DNA of 12,154 bases from the NCBI GenBank assembly GCA_040235515.1, contig JBECKX010000100.1:1-12154 (forward strand). The letters run 5' to 3'. A program made the translations under genes and the position numbers. The notes under the pieces were generated by a model. It was not told where the DNA came from. It made no database searches and worked only from the letters and a program-made list of their open reading frames with translations. This stretch comes from Candidatus Zixiibacteriota bacterium (GTDB lineage: Bacteria > Zixibacteria > MSB-5A5 > CAIYYT01). Shown one piece after another: positions 6,783 through 12,154 of the stretch. Positions within the stretch are counted from its first letter, which is position 1, and each line of letters opens with the position of its first letter.

Positions 6783-8726
6783 CTACCCGGCCGAGCTCTC
6801 GACCTGGCCCGGGAGCGTGCGATTCTCGATTTCCTGCTTGAATCGCTCGATCACGTCGGCTACCGAAAAGGTACCGATATCACCCTCGCCGTGACGGCGC
6901 AGGCTGACCTGGTTGTTTTCAACCTCTTTACCACCGACGATGAGCATATAGGGCACTTTCTGGGTCTCTGCTTCACGAATCTTGTAACCGACTTTCTCAG
7001 AGCGCTGATCCAACTCGGCCCTGATTCCGGCGGCTTTCAATTCTGCGGTGACCTTGCGGCCGTAGTAATGCTGGGCATCGGTAATCGGCAGGACGCGGAC
7101 CTGCTCCGGGGCAATCCAGAGCGGGAAGAACCCGCCAAAGTGCTCGATCAGGACACCGAAGAAACGCTCCAGCGAACCGAAGATCGCTCGATGTACCATG
7201 TAGGGGCGTTTGTATTCGCCATCTTTGTCGACATAGTGGATATCGAAACGCTCCGGCAGGTTGAAATCGAACTGCACGGTGGTACATTGCCACTCACGCT
7301 TCATGGCGTCCCGAATCTTGATATCAATTTTGGGGCCGTAGAACGCGCCGCCGCCCTCATCGACATCGAATTCCCAACCCTTGCCGGCCATCGCCTTGCG
7401 GAGGGAATCCTCTGCTTTCTCCCACTGATGCTGTTCGCCGATCGCCTTCTCCGGGCGGGTGGAGAGATAGATGTGATAGTCGTTGAAACCGAATGCGCCG
7501 AGGATTTCCTCGGTGAGGTTCAGCACGCCGATCACTTCATCCTCCAGTTGCTCGGGAGTGCAGAAGATATGGGCATCATCCTGGGTAAAGCCGCGCACGC
7601 GGAAGAGCCCGTGAAGCACGCCTCCGCGCTCGTAGCGATAAACGGTACCCAACTCGGCCCAGCGCAACGGCAGGTCGCGGTAGGAGTGGAGCGACTCTTT
7701 ATAGAGCATGATATGGAACGGGCAGTTCATCGGTTTGATCTGATACTGCTCGTTGTCGACCTCCATCGGCTTGTACATGTTCTCAGCAAAATGACCGGTG
7801 TGACCGGAGGTATGCCAGAGATCAAGTTTGGCGATGTGGGGCGAGATAACCAGTTCGTAGCCGCGTTCCAGATGAATATTCTTCCAGTAGTTTTCGATGA
7901 TATGGCGCATCAGCGCGCCCTTCGGCAGCCAGAGCGGGAGTCCGCCACCGGTTTCATCGGTGATTACGAAGAGTCCCAGTTCTTTGCCGAGTTTACGATG
8001 GTCGCGCTTTTTGGCCTCTTCCATGCGATGCAGGAAATCCTCCAGCATCGATTTCTTCGGATATGAGACACCGTAGATGCGCTGCAGCATCGGGTTGTGT
8101 TCGTCGCCGCGCCAATAAGCGCCCGCTACGGAGAGGAGCTTGAATGCCTTGATCGGCTTGGTTGACGGCAGATGCGGTCCGCGACAGAGATCCGAGAAAT
8201 GATCGTGATGATAGTAGGAGATCTCGCCTTCGGGGAGATCGTTGATCAACTCGATCTTGAATGGTTCGTTGTTGTCCCGGGCGCGTTTCAGGGCCTCGTC
8301 GCGACTGACGACTTCTTTTTCGAACCTGAAGTCACCCGCAACGATTTCCGCCATGCGTTCCTCGATCCTGCGGAGGTCTTCCTCCGAGAATGGCTTCTCG
8401 ACATCGAAATCGTAGTAGAAGCCCTCGTCGATGGGCGGACCGATAGCGAGTTTGGTGCCGGGAAAGAGATCCTGTACAGCTTCGGCCATCACGTGGGCTG
8501 ACGAATGCCAGAACACCCAACGACCTTCCGGTGTGTCGAATGTATGCACCTTGAACTCGCCGCCCTCTTTCAGCGGCGCGTTGAGATCAACAATCTTGCC
8601 ATCGACGGTCACCGCAAGAGCCTCTTTGGCCAGTCGCGGCGAAATCTCTTTGGCGATCTCGTAGCCGGTGGTACCCTCGGGTACGCTTCGAACCGATCCG
8701 TCCGGAAGTTTGAGTTCAATAGCCAT
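6783..8726 (-). CDS. thrS: Threonine--tRNA ligase
   Basis: 647 aa; TGS domain, editing motifs HSSAH and DLCRGPH, Zn ligands KPMNCPFH / TQDDAH / MVHRA, GAFYGPKID, anticodon domain KIREAETQKVPY. Confidence 0.99.
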   Translation of the reverse strand: MAIELKLPDGSVRSVPEGTTGYEIAKEISPRLAKEALAVTVDGKIVDLNAPLKEGGEFKVHTFDTPEGRWVFWHSSAHVMAEAVQDLFPGTKLAIGPPIDEGFYYDFDVEKPFSEEDLRRIEERMAEIVAGDFRFEKEVVSRDEALKRARDNNEPFKIELINDLPEGEISYYHHDHFSDLCRGPHLPSTKPIKAFKLLSVAGAYWRGDEHNPMLQRIYGVSYPKKSMLEDFLHRMEEAKKRDHRKLGKELGLFVITDETGGGLPLWLPKGALMRHIIENYWKNIHLERGYELVISPHIAKLDLWHTSGHTGHFAENMYKPMEVDNEQYQIKPMNCPFHIMLYKESLHSYRDLPLRWAELGTVYRYERGGVLHGLFRVRGFTQDDAHIFCTPEQLEDEVIGVLNLTEEILGAFGFNDYHIYLSTRPEKAIGEQHQWEKAEDSLRKAMAGKGWEFDVDEGGGAFYGPKIDIKIRDAMKREWQCTTVQFDFNLPERFDIHYVDKDGEYKRPYMVHRAIFGSLERFFGVLIEHFGGFFPLWIAPEQVRVLPITDAQHYYGRKVTAELKAAGIRAELDQRSEKVGYKIREAETQKVPYMLIVGGKEVENNQVSLRRHGEGDIGTFSVADVIERFKQEIENRTLPGQVESSAG

Positions 8727-8743
8727 AACAGTTACAACACCTT

Positions 8744-8768
8744 AAAAAAATAGCCTCTCATTTGAGGC
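8744..8768 (-). terminator. Intrinsic terminator downstream of tRNA-Val
   Basis: GCCTC-AAATGA-GAGGC hairpin followed by TATTTTTTT on the minus strand. Confidence 0.7.
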
Positions 8769-8775
8769 GGGAAAA

Positions 8776-8852
8776 TGGTGGGCGATAATGGAATCGAACC
8801 AATGACCTCCTGCGTGTCGAGCAGGCGCTCTAACCATCTGAGCTAATCGCCC
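8776..8852 (-). tRNA. tRNA-Val (anticodon GAC), 77 nt, CCA encoded
   Basis: GGGCGAT/ATCGCCC acceptor stem, GCTC/GAGC D-stem, CCTGC-TCGACAC-GCAGG anticodon arm (GAC at 8816-8818), GGTTCGATTCC T-arm, discriminator A plus CCA. Confidence 0.97.
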
Positions 8853-8874
8853 ATACCTACGTAGTCATCGCCCT

Positions 8875-8904
8875 ATAGTTATTCTGCTTGGTCAACGTTG
8901 TCAA
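8875..8904 (-). promoter_or_regulatory. Putative promoter of tRNA-Val (and possibly thrS)
   Basis: Perfect -35 TTGACA (8899-8904) with an AT-rich -10 candidate TAACTA/AACTAT 17-18 bp downstream, about 20 nt before the tRNA 5' end. Confidence 0.55.
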
Positions 8905-9028
8905 GAATTTTCAGCCAATTGTTCGACATATCTGCAACTTATCTTCCTGTCGCGCCGAACTGACCCAATATTCAGAGCGGCGACCGGCACCCGGCTCCCC
9001 CGTGAAAAGCGACTTCCGCCACGCGTCG

Positions 9029-9613
9029 TCACCTGAAAATACTCAGGAAAGTTTTCCAGAGAATCCCGATATCTGACCAGAAGGTGCGGCGTGCCTGATA
9101 CTCCAGCGAAATGGCCGCTTTGTCGGGTAACAGTTTCTTGATATATGCATCGACTGGATCGTCAAACTGTGCCAGTGTTTTTTCCTCGTGCCGGTACTTC
9201 AGGGTAGCCGGATCGGTGAGTCCCGGCCGGTAATTGAATAAGGCGCGCTCTGCATCGGAATAATGCACGACGAACTCGGGGACCTCGGGACGGGGACCGA
9301 CCAGCGACATCTCCCCTCTGAGCACATTGATGAACTGCGGAAGTTCATCGAGCTTGAGGCGGCGGAGCAACCTGCCGATGGGGGTTATCCGCCTGTCGCC
9401 TGAGACGGTGAGGTTGCTGTCATTCGTTCGCGCCGGTCTCATCGTGCGGAACTTGATGAGGCGAAAGGTGCGCTGATCCAGCCCCACGCGCTCATGGCTG
9501 AAGAATGGATTGCCGGGAGAAAAAAGCAGCAACGCGATCACAATCAGCAATGAGAGTGGCAGCGTGATGATCAGGATTGCCAGCGAGAAGAGTATGTCGA
9601 ATATGCGCGTCAT
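9029..9613 (-). CDS. Small monotopic phosphoglycosyl transferase (bacterial sugar transferase, PglC-like)
   Basis: 194 aa; RIFDI plus re-entrant helix with Pro (ITLPL), ERVG, KFRTM, catalytic LDELPQ, GEMSLVGPRPE, RPGLT. Confidence 0.93.
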   Translation of the reverse strand: MTRIFDILFSLAILIITLPLSLLIVIALLLFSPGNPFFSHERVGLDQRTFRLIKFRTMRPARTNDSNLTVSGDRRITPIGRLLRRLKLDELPQFINVLRGEMSLVGPRPEVPEFVVHYSDAERALFNYRPGLTDPATLKYRHEEKTLAQFDDPVDAYIKKLLPDKAAISLEYQARRTFWSDIGILWKTFLSIFR

Positions 9614-9655
9614 TGCAAACGCAAGGATTCTCTAAAGAGTCGTTTGTGGCAAGGA

Positions 9656-10810
9656 CTATTTGGAACGCGCAAAGATCTTCTTAAAGGTTGCGGCGACGTA
9701 CTTGATTTCCTCCTCACGCAGTCCGACGAAGAGCGGTAGAGTAATAGCGCGCTGGTAGTGGTCGAAGCTGTTGGGGAGATCAGCTCTGGTGTAGTTGTAG
9801 TGTTTCCTGTAATACGGTTGCAGGTAGAGGGGGATAAAGTGAACCGAGGTGCCGACACCGGCGGTCCGCAATTGTTCGATCACCTGGTTGCGTTGCCGCT
9901 CGGAAGCTTTGCGGAGTTTGACGATATAGAGGTGCCAGGCATGGGTGGTGCCGTCCGGCTGGAATGGCAGCTCAAGTTCGGAGATGTCAGAAAGATAGTG
10001 CTGATAGAGTTCCGCAGCGCGGCGGCGATCGGCCTGGATTTCTTTGAAGCGGCGTAGCTGCATCAGACCCAACGACGCGAGAATGTCGGGCATATTGTAT
10101 TTGTAACCAAGATCGGCGATCTGGTAGTGCCAGCTCCCCTGCCCCGAATAGCGGTTCCAGGCACCTTTCGACATACCATGCAGCGCCAGCACGCGCAGCT
10201 TATCGGCGTGCTTCTTTGAGTTGGTCGTGATCATGCCCCCTTCTCCGGTCGTCAGATTTTTGGTCGAATAGAAAGAGAAGCAGTTGAAGTCGGGCATTGA
10301 GCCGACCATGCGCTTGCCGAAAGCCGATCCGAGCGCATGCGCGGCATCGTGGATGATAGTGATCTTACGCTGTCTGCGAATCCGTTCGAGGCGATTCAGG
10401 TCGACCGGCAGGCCCGCGACAGACACGGGGATGATCGCTCGGGTCTTTTTGGTGATCGCCCTTTCTGCCAGATCGAGGTCGATGTTCTGGGTCTGGGTTT
10501 CGGTATCGACGAAGACCACCCTGGCGCCGGTCTGGATAATCGTTTCGGTGGTCGCCACGAAAGTATAGGGCGACGTGATTACTTCGTCTCCAGGTCCGCA
10601 GCCGGCTGCGATGAGTGCGAGATGCAAGGCGGCGGTGCATGAGTTCACGGCGATGGCGTGTTTGGCGCCGACATACTCGCAGAACTCCTGCTCGAATTGC
10701 TGGCCTTCTTTTCCTGAAGTCAGCCAACCGCTCTTGAGGGTTCGATTGACGCGATCGATTTCGGCCTGGGTGAGTTCAAGCCGGTAAAATGGAACCGATT
10801 TCACTGCCAT
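9656..10810 (-). CDS. DegT/DnrJ/EryC1/StrS-family PLP-dependent nucleotide-sugar aminotransferase
   Basis: 384 aa; AVNSCTAALHLAL, GDEVITSPYTFVAT, IIHDAAHALG, SFYSTKNLTTGEGG (PLP lysine), GYKYNM, HAWHLY. Confidence 0.95.
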   Translation of the reverse strand: MAVKSVPFYRLELTQAEIDRVNRTLKSGWLTSGKEGQQFEQEFCEYVGAKHAIAVNSCTAALHLALIAAGCGPGDEVITSPYTFVATTETIIQTGARVVFVDTETQTQNIDLDLAERAITKKTRAIIPVSVAGLPVDLNRLERIRRQRKITIIHDAAHALGSAFGKRMVGSMPDFNCFSFYSTKNLTTGEGGMITTNSKKHADKLRVLALHGMSKGAWNRYSGQGSWHYQIADLGYKYNMPDILASLGLMQLRRFKEIQADRRRAAELYQHYLSDISELELPFQPDGTTHAWHLYIVKLRKASERQRNQVIEQLRTAGVGTSVHFIPLYLQPYYRKHYNYTRADLPNSFDHYQRAITLPLFVGLREEEIKYVAATFKKIFARSK

Positions 10811-10848
10811 AGTTGCCCTGCTGTTCTCCGGCGAATGGATTTCGTTTC

Positions 10849-10865
10849 ACGGTCATCATGACCGT
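10849..10865. promoter_or_regulatory. Perfect 8-1-8 palindrome ACGGTCAT-C-ATGACCGT
   Basis: Exact inverted repeat read directly from the sequence, 38 nt upstream of the aminotransferase ATG. Confidence 0.6.
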
Positions 10866-10878
10866 CACAATCGGGGGC

Positions 10879-10907
10879 AGGATATGTTGAGCGGAGTTGT
10901 AAGTAAA
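10879..10907 (-). promoter_or_regulatory. Putative sigma-70-type promoter of the aminotransferase/PGT pair
   Basis: TTTACT (10902-10907), 17-bp spacer, TATCCT (10879-10884); 4/6 and 4/6 matches with the key -10 bases retained. Confidence 0.45.
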
Positions 10908-10974
10908 GATAAAAGCGATAGCATCCGGATCAAGAATCACGGACGCTGATCAGGGATGGAATGGAGTTACGGGA

Positions 10975-11874
10975 TCAGTTATCGCCGGTGACCATCTGCA
11001 TGAAAGTGCTGCTCTTGGCGTAGTCTTCGAGCAGTTGCTGGCAAAACGCCTCGATCACTTCTTCAGTCAGGCCGTAATCCTCGACAATCTCCGGCTGGAG
11101 GTGTTCCCAGTTATCGAAGTCGCGCAGTTTGCGGTCGAACGCCTTCTTGGCGAGGAAGTTGGCGATGTGGACAACCACCGCGTAGTTCTCACCATCCTTT
11201 GCGACCTTGTCGGGGAAATGGTGATGTTCGATGGCGTCGCGAATGATATGCGGCAGCTTCCAGTTCTCAGCCAGGACACGACCTACCAGGCAATGAGAGA
11301 AGCCGGCAGCGGCGGTTTCAGCCTGATAGTCTGACATGTTATTCTCAAACTTGAATTCTTCGATTTCACCGTGTTCATCTTTGAAGAAGCAGCAGATAAT
11401 CAACTTGCCGATATCGTGGAGCAGTCCGGCGGAGAACGCCACCTCGCTGTCGAGTCCGCGTGCCATGCGATGGAAGCGCACGATGATACGACTGGCCAGG
11501 GCGGTGGCGAGCGAGTGACGCCAGAAATTCTCCTGGTACTCGGCGTCCATCTTATGGGGCTTGAACATGTCGATAACGCTCGAAGAGAGCACCAATGACT
11601 TGATTGCTTCGAGCCCCAGAACGAGCACTGCCTGGCGAATTCCGGTAATTTCGGAACGGGCGCCGTAGAAGGCTGAATTGGAGAGTCGCAGGACTTTCGC
11701 GCTCATGGCGGCGTCTTCCGACATGATGTCAGCCAGCTCGTTGACGGAGGTATTCGGGTTGTTGATGATCTTCGTGATCTGGTTGAAGACCAGTGGCGGC
11801 GTCGGCAGGTTGCTGATGCCGCTGAGTCTCCCACGGAGTTTATCCAGGGAAGCGTTACTCTGTTCTGTTAGCAT
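10975..11874 (-). CDS. Stand-alone HDOD-domain (HD-related output) protein
   Basis: 299 aa; LPTPP, DAAMSAKVLRLSNSAFYG, ITGIRQAVLVLG, FWRHSLATA, AFSAGLLHDIGKL, SHCLVGRVLAENWKLP, AIEHHH. Confidence 0.93.
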   Translation of the reverse strand: MLTEQSNASLDKLRGRLSGISNLPTPPLVFNQITKIINNPNTSVNELADIMSEDAAMSAKVLRLSNSAFYGARSEITGIRQAVLVLGLEAIKSLVLSSSVIDMFKPHKMDAEYQENFWRHSLATALASRIIVRFHRMARGLDSEVAFSAGLLHDIGKLIICCFFKDEHGEIEEFKFENNMSDYQAETAAAGFSHCLVGRVLAENWKLPHIIRDAIEHHHFPDKVAKDGENYAVVVHIANFLAKKAFDRKLRDFDNWEHLQPEIVEDYGLTEEVIEAFCQQLLEDYAKSSTFMQMVTGDN

Positions 11875-11895
11875 CTCTTGTAGAAACCTAGTGTT

Positions 11896-12154
11896 TTACC
11901 CGGTTAGTGCATCCACCAGCTTTTCAACGATAGCGTCGCGAACTTCCGGCGAGTCGTAGGCGCCGGCTTCCACCCTGCGGCGAGCCATTTCGACTTTCGA
12001 CTCGCGAATCGGGGGTGTGTTCTCGGGACGTGTCGTTTCATAAGAATCGCTGTTCATGCGCATTGTCTTGCCATCAGTGTTTTCGCTGCCCCCCGCGCTT
12101 TCGGTACGACTTGTAGCGGGACCGGCCGTAGACGACTCCTGGGTGGACTTCGCT
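11896..12154 (-). CDS. flgM: FlgM-like anti-sigma-28 factor (3' part; start lies beyond the window)
   Basis: Not in the ORF track. Hand translation from 12153: AKSTQESSTAGPATSRTESAGGSENTDGKTMRMNSDSYETTRPENTPPIRESKVEMARRRVEAGAYDSPEVRDAIVEKLVDALTG*. It has a low-complexity S/T-rich region followed by the FlgM C-terminal pattern P-x-IRxxKV-x5-V-xx-GxY..I.EKL. Confidence 0.72.
   Translation of the reverse strand, partial: AKSTQESSTAGPATSRTESAGGSENTDGKTMRMNSDSYETTRPENTPPIRESKVEMARRRVEAGAYDSPEVRDAIVEKLVDALTG

Noticed and set aside
6891..8066. 391-aa plus-strand ORF antisense to thrS, and similar ORFs antisense to rny, pheT, pheS, the aminotransferase and HDOD
   Set aside because: Shadow ORFs: they mirror the codon bias of the real minus-strand genes and have no recognisable motifs.
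8949..8984. Imperfect hairpin (GTCG..CTGA/TCAG..CGAC) downstream of the PGT
   Set aside because: Multiple bulges, no U-tract and a GC-rich context; not distinguishable from chance without conservation data.
8776..9028. tRNA-Val as an integration site for an island carrying the sugar genes
   Set aside because: The sugar genes lie on the tRNA 5' side; there is no integrase, no duplicated tRNA 3' end and no obvious composition shift.
8888..9076. 62-aa plus-strand ORF between the tRNA and the PGT
   Set aside because: TTG start inside the tRNA promoter, no SD, overlaps the PGT 3' end, and has no protein-like features.
1193..9658. Amber (TAG) recoding
   Set aside because: TAG ends zapA, pheT, thrS and the aminotransferase at their expected family lengths, and no gene has an internal stop, so the standard code fits.
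9610..9858. 82-aa Thr/Ser-rich minus-strand ORF overlapping the aminotransferase 3' end and ending on the PGT start (ATGA)
   Set aside because: An alternative-frame product of Tyr-rich codons with no start signal. The ATGA overlap is curious but unsupported.
10835..10866. Hammerhead-like text (ATGATGA...GAAAC GAAA) in the aminotransferase leader
   Set aside because: The core requires CUGANGA (here AUGAUGA), and stems I-III cannot be built around it.

Overview
A roughly 55%-GC (by eye) bacterial chromosomal window of core housekeeping genes, all on the minus strand. In transcription order (right to left): the 3' part of a FlgM-like anti-sigma-28 factor, an HDOD-domain protein, a DegT/DnrJ sugar aminotransferase, a small monotopic phosphoglycosyl transferase, tRNA-Val(GAC), thrS, infC, rpmI, rplT, pheS, pheT, a ZapB-like coiled-coil protein, zapA and the 5' part of rny (RNase Y). 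The pheT-coiled coil-zapA-rny order and the PheS motif-2 loop suggest an FCB-group bacterium (inference). I see no mobile element, CRISPR array or defence system, and no clearly new multi-gene system. The notable signals are small-scale. infC starts at a non-canonical AUA missed by the ORF track. The tRNA-Val has C33 instead of the near-invariant U33 plus a U-U mismatch in the T-stem. An intrinsic terminator sits between that tRNA and thrS. Structured leaders lie upstream of infC, rpmI and rny. A perfect 17-bp palindrome follows the predicted promoter of an orphan aminotransferase/PGT pair, and a 12-bp direct repeat lies upstream of the zapB-like gene. FlgM is followed by an HDOD gene rather than flgN.
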